Source of the DNA: Octopus vulgaris
Lineage: Eukaryota
Length of the DNA: 64,000 bases
Assembly: GCA_951406725.2 (NCBI GenBank)
Contig: OX597833.1
Span: 50,096,001-50,160,000 of the forward strand
Reading direction: 5' to 3'
This document shows positions 27,679 to 42,689 of the stretch, one piece after another. A program made the position numbers and the translations under genes. The notes under the pieces were generated by a model. That model was not told where the DNA came from, searched no databases, and saw nothing but the letters and a program-made list of their open reading frames with translations. Each line of letters begins with the position of its first letter. Positions within the stretch are counted from its first letter, which is position 1.

Positions 27679-27929
27679 TGTGTATGCATGTGTGTATGTA
27701 TGGAAAATAAGTTTGTGTATCTGTGTTTGTCCCCCAACATCGCTTGACAACCGATGTTGGTGTGTTTACGTCCCCGTAACTTAGCGGTTCGGCAAGAGAG
27801 CGACCGACAGAATAAGTACTAGACTTATAAAGAATAAGTCCTGGGGTCGATTTGCTCGACTAAAAGCAGTGCTCCAGCATGGCCGCAGTCAAATGACTGA
27901 AACATATAAAAGAATACAAGAATACAAAG
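27436..27929 (+). mobile_element. SINE family A, full length
   Basis: Family A head and tail. Confidence 0.93.
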
Positions 27930-28631
27930 ATATCTAGCTTTATCTCTCAATGTTTTTGTCTATCTAGCGATCTGTCTGTCGGTTTCTCTCTCTCTCTCTC
28001 TCATACACACTGTCTGTCTACCTGTCTTCAATTTCTCTCTCTCTTTCTCCCTCCCCCTCATCTCCTCACCCCCTCTCTCTCTCTCTCCACACACTATTAG
28101 AAAGAGAAATGCTTCTCTCAATAGACACAATGACTAATAAAAATTTTATTAGGCTTTCCAAGCTCTTAAATTGTCACACCGAGTTCCACGTGTCCCATTT
28201 ATCAAATGCGTGTGTCTGTACGTGTCTGTGTGCCTGAGTGTATGTGTGTGTGTGTGACAGAGAGAAGGATGGGAAGAGCTAGAGTGTGTCCGTGTGAATA
28301 TGAACGAAATAACCCTTTTCCTTTACACTTTCTACGATCATGTCTCAAATTATGTTCAGTTACTTCAAGATAACGATGACTTCATTTCATGTCAAAACTA
28401 TCGAAAATATAAACGCTAGTTTTCATATTGTAACATACACCACACTGTTACTACCTTTAAGATAGCGTGTTACCACTATTGAATCAATAGCAAATATCAA
28501 ACTCTTAATTCGAATAATGTACACAAGTTGTTTAATGCATACATAATAGTCTACCTAAACTAACTAATGAGATATGCAAATAAGCTAGATGCATATATAT
28601 ACACACATACATACATGCATACATACATACA

Positions 28632-28665
<34 letters not shown>

Positions 28666-29105
28666 CATATATATATAGATATATATATGTATATGTGTGT
28701 GTGTGTGTGTATATATCAATTAGTCTATTTGCATATATATACATATCCATGCATACACATACACATACATATTGTTTTATGATTAGATAATTATTAAAAG
28801 GTAATTATTGGATAATTATCAACATCATTAAAATCGGATAGTTGTCAAAAGACACATACAGATGAATGAGTGTATTGTTTATGTGTACATTTAGTTCATA
28901 AGACAAATCAAAATATAAATAAATATGCATATACTCACTCACCCCCACTTGCACACATACACACACACACATAATGATACTTCCACTAATGATGTGTCAA
29001 ATCCGATACAAACGATTTTAATTTTTAAAATAGAATACAAAAGAGAAAATACAAACTCGACCCAATGAAATAGGAATTAGAAGCCAATAATATATTCTGA
29101 TTATT

Positions 29106-29341
29106 AAGGCGGCGAGCTTGGCAGAAACGTTAGCACGCCGGGCGAAATGCTAAGCGGTATTTCGTCTGCCGCTACGTTCTGAGTTCAAATTCCGCCGAGG
29201 TCGACTTTGCCTTTCATCCTTTCGGGGTCGATTAAATAAGTACCAGTTACACACTGGAGTCGATGTAATCGACTTAATCCCTTTGTCTGTCCTTGTTTGT
29301 CCTTTCTGTGTTTAGCCCCTTGTGGGCAGTAATGAAATATA
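29106..29341 (+). mobile_element. SINE family B monomer with 17-bp TSD
   Basis: TSD aatatattctgattatt at 29089-29105 and 29342-29358. Confidence 0.95.
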
Positions 29342-30625
29342 AATATATTCTGATTATTTATTACTTCTGATTATCAAACAATATATAACGAACGAATAAA
29401 CGGAACTCTAATTGGGTGCCAGACCTGCTAGATGTAGTAGCTAAATCGTCATAACTGTCAGGTTTAGCTCAGGGTTAGGTCTGTCATAAGGTCTAGAGCG
29501 TAAAACTTTGTAGTTTAAAATTGGTTTCCATGGTGTATAAATGACTGAGACTACGACCCCCAATGCCCATCTCCATTGAACAAAAAGCCGGTGTGTAGCC
29601 TTCCAGATATTGGTGGGATTCATTTACGGTTGAAAGGGTTAGAACAACGTCAAATGAAATGCTTTGCTCGAGAACACAAACCACTGCCTGATCCAGGAAT
29701 GGAAACCGCGATATTAAGATCGTGGGTGCAACACTCTAACCACAAGGCAACGTGCTTTCCAATAACTGCTTTTTTACGATATGAGCCTCCATAATTTATG
29801 TTTCATTTTTTAAAAAGAATATCAAAGGAAAAGCTGGGTTGTCACAAGTCTGCTTGACTGTGAGCGACCTGTATCTAAAGGACAACGATAACAACAGCAA
29901 CAACAGCCGTCCAAGAATTTGGACCTTGAGATCTCCGTTTCCAGTAACTTCGAGGGCCACCTCCCAGTGGTGTCAGGCGTCAACGAAGAGCCCTTGACTG
30001 CAACAAGACGACCAAAGTTTTTGGGTTTTTTTCCAAGGTCTGGGGTCTCCCGCCCCTAAGCCCTAGACCATCACCTAATCACCCTTACCTGTTTTGTTGC
30101 TTAACAACAACAACAACAACAACAACAGCAACAACAACAGCAACAACAACAATAAGTGTGTGGGGATGTGGGTGTTGCATGCATGTGTGTCTATGTTCTC
30201 ATTCTGTTTTGAAGTTACAATAAATTTTGACTGGCCGCATACTTAGTCGCAAGGTTGAGAAGGAAGGCATCTCGCTTTAAACATCACTCTTTAAATCTTA
30301 AGAAGATCTTGAAGATTTTTATAGTCCAAGAAGGTATCGTCATCATTTTATAGTGTATGAATTAAGGATTTGCATTATCTCTCCAAGATCCCAAGTTCAG
30401 CCATACTTTGCTCCAGACGGGTCGTTATGTATAATGTTGCTCCAGTAACAGTATGTATGAAGCTGAGAGTGTATCTTGGGTACTGTATGTATGTGTGTAT
30501 GTATGTATGTATGTATGTATGTATGTATGTATGTATGTATGTATGTATGTATGTGCGTGTGTGTGTGTATGTATGTATGTATGTGCGTGTGTGTATGTAT
30601 GTATGTATGTATGTATGTATGTATG

Positions 30626-30672
<47 letters not shown>

Positions 30673-32537
30673 TCTTGGTGCGACAGATAGTTTATTATGC
30701 ACTAAACATCGTTTATTCCTTGTTATCTCAGAAGTGGACTCCTTAGTGAAAATGTTTTTGGCACACACCGGAATAGTCACTGTATTGTACCAAGAAAACA
30801 TTATTTAAGCAAAGCATACAAATCGTTTGAACAATATTATTACACATAATCACTTTCTAAAGATTTTAGCTTTATTTTTTTTCGCTGGTAAAGCGATCGA
30901 AGAGAATCTAATGAGACTCGAAACCGCTTGCGCAAATCCGTTTTCCTGTACACAGAAAAGAAGAACAAGATATTTAAGTGAAATTTTTCAGAAGACGGAG
31001 ACGGTTTACCTTGCAGCATATTACAGTGAAAACAAGTTAACCTTATGAAAAATAGAAAAGTAGATTAAACAGATAAATTAATGGATAAAGAAAATGTAAC
31101 CATAAGATTTGATAATTGATTAGCACGAATGATTAAGATTTGATTGTAAGATTTAAAGAACCGATTATAAGATTTATAGGATTGAATATAAATCGCTGAA
31201 CATTGATTGTTGTAAGGTTAATAATATCAGATAACATGATTGAAATCTGAATAATTTCAAGGAATCGGATAATTCTAATTCTGAATGTGTTTTAAAATCT
31301 TCTTCTTTCTCCCTTTAATTTCCATTCTGTTTGAACTGACAGTGTATAAATGTATTTTCAACGTCACCATTACCGTTACAGTTTTACCACTTCTTCGAAA
31401 ATTTTAACTGTATTTCAGGTTTTGCTAGCGACATCTCTCCCGTCTTTAAGGTTACATCTTGCAAGTGTATATACGCATACATGCATGTATGTCTAAATGT
31501 GTGTGTGCATATACGTCAGGTTATTAAAAAAAAACGGTGATTTGATGTTAATGAGGTTTATGTATTTTCAGTAGAGTGGTTCTGAATTATTGTATGAATT
31601 ATGAAGTTTATAATTTAGATTAATTATATAATTATTAACAGTCTTTATCACACTTATACATTATACGCAGACACAAGGACATATAAAAACTTAAAACACA
31701 ACATTCTCTATGTATGTGTACGTTTAGGTTATTTTCTGCATTATTCACGTGACCTTGTAGTTGATTTTATAATTTATTCTAGAACAATCCAGAAAATTAT
31801 ATCTCTCATTTTAGCCAGCCTATATAAAGGTAATCCTAATAATAGGAAAAAACTAGTTTGACAAGTGCCACTGCACTAAACTCTCGACCGTTCAGGGATT
31901 CTGTTTTCTATATGCTTCTCTCATTCAATTTTTAGTTCGTTATGCTATGTGGTTTGTGCCTGATGACTGTGCGGAGATACTACACGTTATAATTCAATAT
32001 TTTGCATGTTCTCAGTACAAGAAACTATTAGTGGCTTAGTAGCACTTCAAAACATGTATTGCGTCTATTATATAATACTATATATATATATATGTTGGAG
32101 TGGCGCTGTCTGTAAGTTTTTTGTTTTGTTTTTGCGATAAGTTTGCTTTTCACCGAAACTAAAGAGCTCAATCCACCTGTGTTAAGTTCTCTTTCACCTA
32201 TAGACGGCACCTTGACATGTACCAGCGTTCCGGGATCAAAACGGACCTGGCAGTGATGGTAATTAAAAGCTGACTTCAATCCCCCAACACCAGAACACCC
32301 GAACTGGACCCTCACCACCGGATTGTAGTTTAATGTCATACCAATATATATACATATACGACGGGCTTCTTTCGGTTTCCGTCCACCAAGTCCACTGCAA
32401 GGCATTGGTAGGACCGAGGCCTATAGTAGAAGACACTTTCCCAAATTGCTGCGCAGTGAGACTGAACCTAAAACTACGTTGTTGGAAAGCAAGCTTTTTA
32501 CCATACATCCACACCCTCTATATGTACGAATAAATAT

Positions 32538-32876
32538 CCTTCTTCTTTCTGGAGCACACCGTCGGTTACGACGACGAGGGTCCCAGCTCATACGATCAAT
32601 GGAACAGCTTGCTCGTGAAATTAACGTGCAAGTGACTGAGCAATCCACAGACACGTGTACTCCTAACATAGTTCTCAGGGAGCTTCAGCGTGACACAGAG
32701 TGTGACAAGGCCGGCCCTTTCAAATATAGGTACGAGTCATTTTTGCCAGCTGAGTGGACTGGAGCAACGTGAAATAAAATGTCTTGCTCAAGGACACAAT
32801 GCAACGCCGGGAATTGAACTCACAACCTTACAACCATGAGCCGAATGCCCTAACCACTAAGCCACGCGTCTTCACT
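32538..32876 (-). mobile_element. SINE family D, tRNA-derived
   Basis: Minus strand gtggcttagtggttaggg..gagttcaattcccgg..gtccttgagcaagacattttatttcacgttgctccag, shared with 57513; candidate 9-bp TSD aataaatat (32529-32537 and 32877-32885). Confidence 0.82.
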
Positions 32877-33834
32877 AATAAATATATACATATATACATG
32901 CATTTAATTTTACACACACATTCGGAGGAACAGATAAGTTAGTTTGGAGTAGGGTTTTCTTTTCCATTTGCTGAAAGCTTTGATTTGTTCTGTTTATAGA
33001 GCAGGCAACTATACAACTACTCTGAACTTAGATAGAAATAAAATAGACAAGAGAAAGCTAACAGTTGCCTTTTATTAATTGTAAGGGATTCCTCTTAATT
33101 TCAATATGTTTGAAGTGCAAAAAGCTGGTTATTGACTTGTCGAAGTGAGTAAATGTGTTTAGAGTTATGATCGTGAAAGACGTGAAGAATCAGAGTTCTT
33201 TTGGCCATCTTTGCGCTTTAAAAATAGCGGAGCTAAGCTAACAGATGTTAGATAACGGCAAAAATCAACAGAGACTGAAGGAAACCATTCTAGCTTTAAA
33301 GGCCATAAAGAGAAAAAGGAAGAACTGTTGCTATTTTCAGAGGAAAGAGGCTGTGAAATTGATACAGATATCAACAACGGCTGAAGTAAATATTGTTTTC
33401 GACTAAATAAACCATTGTGCCAGAGATTTTCCATTAACTGAAATCATGAACACCTGGAAGGGACTTGAAGTCAAACTCAGTGAATGCTCGTCTATAAATA
33501 AAAAATTGTATTGTAAGATTATAAGGCTAACAACAACAACAACAAGGCTAACAACAACAACAGCAGCAGCAGCAGCAGCAACAACAACAACAGAATCAAC
33601 GACTACGATGATGTCAAGGAAATATTTGGCCAGAAAGCAGAACCAAGGTTGAATGAATCGATAACCATTACCAATCATAACAACAACAACAGCAACAAAA
33701 CGATGATGATGATGCTGATGATGATGACCACGACGACGACGACGATTTCTTTTATTTGTCACCGCGCCAATAACAAGAAGAAGAAGATACATACATATAT
33801 ATATATACTACATATATATATATACTACATATAT

Positions 33835-34000
33835 ACGACGGGCTTCTTTCAGTTTCCGTCAACCAAATCCACTCACAAGACTTTGGTCGGCCCGTGGCTA
33901 TAGTAGAAGACACTTTGCCCAAGGTGCCACGCAGTGGGAATGAACCCAGAACCATGTGGTTGGTAAGCAAGCTACTTGCCACACAGCCACTCCTACGCCT
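33835..34000 (-). mobile_element. SINE family A, 5' half
   Basis: Consensus match. Confidence 0.88.
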
Positions 34001-35116
34001 ACGTGAATGTTCAATGGAAAAGATTTGGTTGCTATTTCTTGTAGATCCAGTGACCTCTAAGATGTTCTCGCTTTGGCTCATTGAACAAAAATACGCTGGT
34101 GAATATTTTTTAAATTGTCTTTATTTTTGTGTTTTCTTTTGAAAGAAAGATTATGAATATTGATGTAATATTAGAGAAAAATGTACACTGATCGGTGGAT
34201 AGATGGATGGATGCATGCATGAACGGATGGATGGGGGTTTATAAGATGTTCAGGAAAAAGGATATTTGCAAAATTATGCGAAACGGATGTGGGCGATTAA
34301 ACGTAAAATAACAAGCTGTTTGACACATGAGAGAAAACTACGTTGACAGGAGATGCGGAAGAAAAGAGATAAAATGTGGGGTACATATGTGACAGAGAAG
34401 GAAGGAAAAATCTCAGAAAAGGCGCGCGCGAGCGTGGTTGAAATGGGTGGGATCAGAAAATTTGAGAATTAACAGCTTTAATTTAAAAAAAAAAAAAAAT
34501 ATGCTCAAGGAAATAACGCAAGTTGGCCAATAGCATGAATTTTGATAAATAATTAAGGGCTGATATACCCTATTAATTTCAGCAAATATTTAATACATTA
34601 ATTAGCATTTTCTCTTTTGTTGGAGAAAGGAATCAGAAACCTAACGGCAATAAACTCAAAACAAGTCTATGGATGTCTCTTGCTTGTAAACAGTAATTAT
34701 ATTTTCTCTTAGGCGTATAAACTAATTCTGTGAAATTAACACTTAATTGGTTGAAATTATCTCCCCTTTTCATTAAGAGTCACAAACAGCCGACACTAAT
34801 CTTAATCATTTATTTATCTTATGCTTGTTTCAGTTATTGGACTGCGGTCATGTTAGAGCAGCAGTTCGATGGCTTCTTTCAGTAGAACAAATCAAACCCA
34901 GTACACATTATTTTAAGGTGTGGTATTAGTTTATCGACAAATTTGCCAAACCGCAAAGTTACGAGGATATAAACACGCCAACACCGATTGTCTAGCAGCT
35001 GTGGAGGTCAAGCAGAAATACACACACACACACAACAGACACACACACACACACACACACACAGACACACACACACACAAACATACACACACACACAAAC
35101 ACACAGTGGTATATAT

Positions 35117-35718
35117 AAGGCGACGAGCTGGCAGAGTCGTTAGCACGCCGGGCGGAATGCCTAGCGATATTTCGTCTGCCGCTACGTTCTGAGTTCAAAT
35201 TCCGCCAAGGTCGACTTTGCCTTTCATCCTTTCGGGGTCGATTAAATAAGTACCAGTTACGCACTGGGGTCGATATAATCGACTTAATCCGTTTGTCTGT
35301 CCTTGTTTGTCCTCTCTGTGTTTAGCCCCTTGTGGGTAGTAAAGAAATAGATATTTCGTTTGTCGCTACGTTCTGAGTTCAAATTCCGCCGAGGTCGACT
35401 TTGCTTTTCATTCTTTCGGGGTCGATAAATCAAGTACCAGTTACGCACTGGGGTCGATATAATCGACTTAATCCGTTTGTCTGTCCTTGTTTGTCCTCTC
35501 TGTGTTTAGCCCCTTGTGGGTAGTAAAGAAATAGATATTTCGTTTGTCGCTACGTTCTGAGTTCAAATTCCGCCGAGGTCGACTTTGCCTTTCATCTTTT
35601 CGGGGTTGATTAAATACGTACCAGTTACGCACTGAGGTCGATATAATCGACTTAATCCGCTTGTCTGTCCTTGTTTGTCCTCTCTGTGTTTAGCCCCTTG
35701 TGGGTAATAAAGAAATAG
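35117..35718 (+). mobile_element. SINE B trimer (one head plus three 184-bp bodies) nested in the central microsatellite of an old minus-strand SINE A (~34820-35870)
   Basis: Bodies start at 35166, 35350 and 35534; candidate TSD ggtatatata at 35108-35117 and 35718-35727. Confidence 0.9.
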
Positions 35719-36193
35719 GTATATATATATACGATGGCTATCTTTCAGTTTCTCTTTACCAAACCCATTCGTAAAGTTTTTGTCGGCTCGTGGCTATAGT
35801 AGAAGATAAGTGCGCATTTAGGACTGAACTCAAGATCACATGGTTGAGAAACAAGCTTCTTAGCCACACAACCAATATTTTCGTTTATCTATTTATTAAT
35901 TTATTTATTCAATTTCTGGCTAAGAGAAAAAAAATTCCGTTAAATGAGAATATTTTGGGGGTACAGCATTCTGTATAACATCTCTTAACTTAATTAACTA
36001 GCATTCATGTGGCAAAGACGGTTTCGGTTGGGTGGTGACAGAGGAAGGATTGAACAAGGAAATGAATGAATATTTATTATTTTGCTAATAACTTCCTGTT
36101 TTGTAAATGGTTCGATAATGTCTCAGGTTTGATAATCTTTCTTACTTTGCATACATGTGTCGTGTGTGTGTGGCAGTGCGTGTATGTGTGAGT

Positions 36194-36241
<48 letters not shown>

Positions 36242-36465
36242 CATACATACACATATACACACACACACACACACATATATATATAAACGTACATATATAT
36301 GTATGTATGCATGCATACACACACACATATAGATGAAGATAGAAAAGTAGAGAGATGACAGATATGGATAGATTAATGTGTGTGTGTGTGTGCGTAAATA
36401 TATACAGTGGTACCTCGGTTTCCGAACAACTCTGAGCATGAATAAATCGTGCTTTATCTATCTAT

Positions 36466-36507
<42 letters not shown>

Positions 36508-37307
36508 CGCTGTGTGTGTGTGTGTATATGTTTATACATGTATCTGTCTGTCTGTATATGTATGTGCGTGTGTGTGAGTGTATGTATGTATGTATGTATG
36601 TATGTATGTATGTATGTATGTATGTATGTATCATCGAGAAAATTATAACTGTCTGGAAAAGGTTGCGGGAAATACCATCGCTGTGCTCTATTGGTGAGAA
36701 AAGATTAAGCAAAAAAAGTGATTAATTTACTCCTTGTTAAATAATCAACTCATAATTAAGACTCAGCGGTGTATCTGGAATTGATTAGAGGAAAGAAGAT
36801 TGCTTATATACTCTTGGGAATCTTATGTTTCACCATAAATTTCTCATTAGTACATTATCTGTGCGCGCGTGCGGATGCTGGTAAGTTGTTTTACAGTGTG
36901 AGATATGCCACAGGTATTCTATGATTTCCTGGTGCTAAATAAACAAATGACTTTAATAAGATCTTCCTGTCAATAGAACCACCGGTTTAATCATACGTTA
37001 TTGACTAAATGAGGATTTTCAGCTTGACACTTTAACATTCTTAGAAGCAACGGCTTGTTAGGCAATGCTCCCTTCTGGGCTGACAAAACAAACACTATGG
37101 GTGTGTGTTCTTGTGATATAGTACATGGGTAGACCTATCCAGAATTGAAATATATAAGAAGAGATATAAAATTTCAGCAGGTGTGGCTGTGTGGTTCAGA
37201 AGCTTGTCTCCGTACTATGTGGTCTACGGGTTTAGTTCCTCTGGGTGGTACCTTGGTCAAGTGTCTTCCACTTTAGCTCCGGCCAACCAGAACCTGGTAG
37301 AGGATCG

Positions 37308-37357
<50 letters not shown>

Positions 37358-37597
37358 GTGTGTGTGTGTCTGTATGGCATCTATAAATTTGACTTTACAT
37401 CGTTAAATTGCTAATGTGCCATCTATATTATATGTATAAATTTAGATATATATTAAGGATACAAAAATTGATATTAATTTGATTAATACCAATTTAAACC
37501 AGTGGTTGTTACGGTACGCAGGGTTATATTCAACGCACCTTGTCAGCTTATAAGAAGACCGTTGAACTCTCTCTCTTTCTCTCTCTCTCACTCTCTG

Positions 37598-37637
<40 letters not shown>

Positions 37638-38930
37638 GATACATACATACATACATACATAAATACATACATACATTCATACCTACGTACGTACATACAT
37701 ACATACATACATACATACATACATGTTTATGTGTGTGTGTGTTTTTGTGTTGTGTTTGTTTCCACCGCTGCTTGACAACCGATGTTGGTTTGTTCACGCC
37801 CCCGCAACTTAACAGTTCGACTAAAGAATAAGCACACTTGAAAAATAAGTACTGGAGTCGATTCGCTCGGCTAAACTATTCAAAAGCAATGCCCCAGCGT
37901 GGCCGCTGTCCATTGCCTGAAGCCAGCAATAGATGAAAGTTAACAGATGCCGACTAACATATCAAAATCCTGGTTAAAGCACAAAGAACTGAAGACTCCA
38001 AAGTTTGAAGAATGTGGAGCTAATAATAATAATAAGCCTTGTGTATTATAATATGATTTGTGTCTGTTTAAATATCTGATTAGCCGCCCCATTCTGGAGG
38101 TAAGTGAGAGCAGAGAGAATCTATAATGTTGGCAAAATCAGAGATCAAGCCATTAGCGAGTAAGCCATTACATGAAAGTAATACCCTAGAAGCTATCTTA
38201 ATGAAGGCTGTTGTTTGATGTCGAGGGGGCTTTCTTAATGAAGCTGCTGACAGTCAGCTGCCAAGATGGAGTGACTAAAAGGCTCCGAATAGACAGGCTC
38301 TAAACAGCATCACCATTATCAACGATCATCACCACCACCACCGCCACCGTCGCCACCACCACCACTGCCGCCGCCACCGCCACTAGCAACAAATACAGCA
38401 ACAATAACAAGAACGCCAGCAAGAAGAACAACAGCAATAACATTCACCGTCGACAACAAAGCGTACAAATATATACGCAATAACCCCTCCTCCCCCTCTG
38501 CCTCCCCCCTCACTACCGTCACAACTCTTCAACACCAGCTATAAAAGGCTGACTACACCGAACAACACAACCGTCTCTTCACGCCCCCGCCACCCACCAA
38601 CGCTCTACGACCGGGAACATGAACACTATCGTTATTATCATAAACACACACACTACTGCTGCCACCACCATTACCACAACCGCCGCTGCCGCCGCCAGCG
38701 CTTCCACTGCCGAGGCCACTGTTGCCGCTTTCGCCGCCACTACTGAGAGTCTGAATTCTAGCACAACAAATACGTCCTTAAAATCATCGCTTTAACATTA
38801 GTATTGATACCATCAATAGGAAGAGAAAAGAAACAAAAAGGATTGGAGAAACCGATACCAGATCAGTCTCCAACACCAGAAATACAATTTAACCGTTGGA
38901 ATAAATACAGAAAGCACAACAACAGCAGAT

Positions 38931-39118
38931 GTGGAGGCGCAATGGCCCAGTGGTTAGGGCAGCGGACTCGCGGTCGTAAGAACGCAGTTTCGATTCCCAG
39001 ACCGGACATTGAGTATTTATTGAGCAAAAACACCTAAGCTCCACGACGCTCCGGCAGTGGGAGGTGAACCCCGCTGTACTCTTTCACCACAACTTTTTCT
39101 CTCACTCTTTCTTCCTAC
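38931..39118 (+). mobile_element. SINE family C, 3'-truncated
   Basis: Same head and body as the copy at 17276. Confidence 0.82.
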
Positions 39119-39944
39119 TTCTGCCACAAAGCAGAGGAATCATGGTGTAACCCACTATGGTGTGGTAAATTTTCACACGCTAGTCTAGATTGCGATTCAT
39201 CTGTACCCCAGGATGGTTCAGCTCTCCACCCGTTAAAAGACACCGTTTACGGAATGAGGATAACAACGTAGCTTTCGCGCCCGTGCAACCGCCATCTATC
39301 GCGTGTGGATCTTCAAGTTGGCACACGCACTCTCAGTAACTTAGAGTAGGCTCGAATTAGACATTATTCTTTGTGGCTAATGGCGTGAGTTCTGATTGGA
39401 AGAAGAACAGAATCTCATCACCGTCTTTCTCCAAAAGCTCATATCTTCACAATACCGTTGCTAACTTCGTATCAATATCGCGACGAGCAAGTCAGGTGGC
39501 CACATACAAAGCTTCTCACATAAACTCGGTCTAGATAGTGGTGGGGTTAGTGATGCAGGGTATAGATATTACCGTAGTCGTTATTGATGCCTTTGACAGA
39601 TGTATAAACGAGAGTTGCTGTTGTTTCTGTCGATGTTCTTGTTATTTATTATTGTGATATTATTTTCTTAATCATTTTGTCACGTGGTGTTAGGCAGTGC
39701 CTATGACATTTTACTTTCTTAAAACACAGAGATACAGACAGAATATTGCAATGTTTTTGCTGTTCTGCCAGTTCGCCGATCTGGATGGATATTTTCCTAG
39801 TCGAACCCGAAAGGACGAAGAGAAAGGTTGATCTGGGCGTGATTTGAACTTAAGTCCGCAGAGTCAGGATAAATAACCTGAAGCAATGTACCTGGCCCTT
39901 TAATAGCTGTTCCAATTAGCTGTCCTGACACATCAAATACATCA

Positions 39945-40340
39945 TTTATCTTTTACCTGTTACATTCACCGGATTGTAGCAATCCTGGGACACCCGTCTT
40001 TAATTCTTTAGTCGAACAAAGTTGAAACGAGTTCTTTTTTATTTTTTTATGTCTGGTACTTATTCTGTCGTTCTATTTTACCGAACCGCTACATTAAGGA
40101 GAAGCAGACAGACCATCACCGGTTGTTAAGCGGTGATTGGAGGACAAACACACACACACACACAAGCACGCACGCAATACACACATATGTATATATTCAC
40201 ACGACGAGATTCTACGTAGTTTTCGTCTACCAAATTCACTTACAAAGCATTCGTCGGTCTGACGCCATAGCAGAGGACACTTGCCCAAGGTTCCACACAG
40301 TGGAACTGAACCAGAAACCTCCAGGTTTCTAAACCACTTT
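39945..40340 (-). mobile_element. Degraded SINE family A
   Basis: Recognisable family motifs (ccgaaccgcta, gacacttgcccaagg, actgaacc). Confidence 0.7.
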
Positions 40341-41728
40341 TTTTTTTTGTTTTTTAACAAGTAGAGCTTTGACATACGTAAAAGATCCCTCGTTATATAA
40401 GCTCACATAATATCGGTAACAGTTTTGATGCCGCTGATGAGGACAAAGACGACGGTGATGATGTTGATTATGATAATGATATTGCTGTTGTTGTTGTTGT
40501 TGTTGTTGTTACTGATGTCAACTTCGTGTAATAGTGGACGTTTTAATATCTAGAATAATTCGCTATCAAAATAACGCTAAGTACGAGTGAAGATGTGACA
40601 TTTTCCTGTATTACTTTTCTTTCTGTCCTCTGAGGAATTGTTGTTGTTGTTATTATTGTTGTTGTTATAGTTGTTGTTGTTGTCATACATATAAGAAATG
40701 CTGTTCTTGTTGTTGTCATCGTTGTTGTTGATGCTTTCGCTACTGGTTATCCTACCATAATTGCAAAATGGAGCACAAATAAAAAGATGGCGTGACTAAG
40801 AAACACGCTAAAAGCAGCCACCAGATCACTCTCTCTCTCTCACTCTCTCCACCATCTCTCTCTCTCTCTGTCTCTCACACACACACACATACACACACAT
40901 ACCATACGCACACACACAAACATTCACACACACACATTTACACATATACACACAAATAAATACATACATGTATGGATTCTCACATGGCTGTCGTTGTTGA
41001 TGCTATAAAATTACCCTTACAAAAGATCACTGCAAAGTGATTACTGGTGTTATATAAACAAGCTGACAGCATTGCATACTAATAATGGTCGTTAGGGCTA
41101 TTGGTTGTCATAGAAACACGTTGTCAAGGATAATTTATCCGTTTCACTAGGAGGATATTAGAATTACAAGAATAACAGAATTAAAGAATGACAGAATTAA
41201 ATGTCACCCAGAAATTACACGTTAAATTGTGGCATAAGCTTCTCGCAAGTACATCGCAGTTTATATAATGCACAAATCACAAATCACATACACAAGCATG
41301 CACATACTTCTGTTCTTCGCCACAGTTGCACAGATCTTGATAAGTTACATGTGTTTGTTTGTTTGTTTGTTTGTTTGTCTGTGTGTGTGTGATGAGTTAT
41401 ACACGGATTATATCCGAGAAGACGAGGACTAAACAATACAGATTTCCATACAAGGAAGAGTAAATAACATTTCACAAATACAATGCCTGATAGTTGTTTG
41501 AAAGTTTCGACGTTATTTCATTTTAAAAAATTACGGTAGTATGGTTTAAAATTTCGCTTCGGAAACTTTGTTTCGTAGTAAAAGTATCGGTAATTGTAAG
41601 AGGCAGAAATAGCCCTGGCTTTGATTTGAACAGAAGGGATGCTTTTTGAGATACGGTCCTAGCTATGTTAAGGATGTGCTTTTGTCATGCGAGATTCTCC
41701 ACGATAGCAAAGCGTAGATTCCATTTTC

Positions 41729-42025
41729 TTGACGGTGAGTCAAGAAGTAATGCCATTTTATTTAGGACAGGTATAATTACCAACATAGGAACATGTATCA
41801 TGCATCGAAATGAAGATGGTCCTCTGTCAATCACATCCCTACTTCTCAACATAGTCACCATTTCTCTCAAAAGTAATGTTCCCCTTTCAAATGAGAACAT
41901 GTATTCCTGCCCTGTAAAGTTCTGTTGACTGTTCTTTGGGCCACTTCTTTACTACAGTTTTCACTTCCTCGTCACTGGACTATCATTTCTTCGGCCCCAT
42001 GAAAGAGGGTTTGAGAGGCAAACAC
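41729..42025 (-). pseudogene. Mariner transposase C-terminal relic plus terminus, with an internal inversion
   Basis: Minus strand reads SDEEVKTVVKKWPKEQSTELYRAGIHVLI*..NITFERNGDYVEK* (stop 41839-41841), then TIR-like ggcattacttcttgactcaccgtc. Plus strand 41978-42025 reads DYHFFGPMKEGLRGKH, the segment carrying the third catalytic D. Confidence 0.85.
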
Positions 42026-42133
42026 ATGAACATACAGAATACATACGTACACGTACGTACACACATGTATACATACATACATACATACATACATGCATAC
42101 ATACATACATACATACATACATACATACATACA

Positions 42134-42167
<34 letters not shown>

Positions 42168-42407
42168 CATACTCATGCACACGCGCACGCTGGTATGAAC
42201 ACAATAAATTTCAAACAGACAAACGCAGTCATCTATAACGAACTAAGTCAATAGTCATTGAAAAGGTCTTAAGTAATAAAGGTTGTTTGTCAAAGAGCTT
42301 TGACAAACGAAAACAAAATACATTAGTTAGTTGGATATTTGACCAATTGACTAATAATAAAGAAAAGGAGTGGAATTGAACCAGTGTGTGTGTGTTAATT
42401 ATATTGG

Positions 42408-42600
42408 TACGAGCAAAATGTCCCCCCCCCCCCCGTCCAATGGACGGAGCTGAGTTGTCAAACATTTAAACCAAATTTTCTCAAAACAACTTGTCCGACG
42501 GTCCCATAGCACCCCCCTTTGAGAAACACTGATTTAACCTAAATTTGAGACACCAGCAAAAGAAGAAATAAAGATAGACTTTTTTTCTATTCCAAAGAAA
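42408..42600 (+). repeat. Dispersed repeat 'F' copy
   Basis: Matches 4090-4275 and the reverse of 54700-54840; contains a hAT-like cagtgtttctcaaa motif on the minus strand. Confidence 0.8.
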
Positions 42601-42689
42601 AACGATTTTATTCACACAAATATGCAACCGAAGAGTATAAAGTACCAGTAATGATAAGGTTGTTGACTGGGAGAACACAAACATGGTTT

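Noticed and set aside
36405-36432. TA-CAGTGGTACCTCGG.. resembling a Tigger/pogo-type TIR
   Set aside because: No matching second TIR seen; too short to call.
38319-38764. GC-rich ORFs with Gly/Ala/Val runs and a hydrophobic stretch
   Set aside because: They derive from degenerate (CCA/CCG/CAA)n repeats with no splice or homology support.
39120-39540. Unique higher-GC stretch considered as a decayed LINE or exon
   Set aside because: The plus-strand frames I read contain stops and I recognised no convincing motif.
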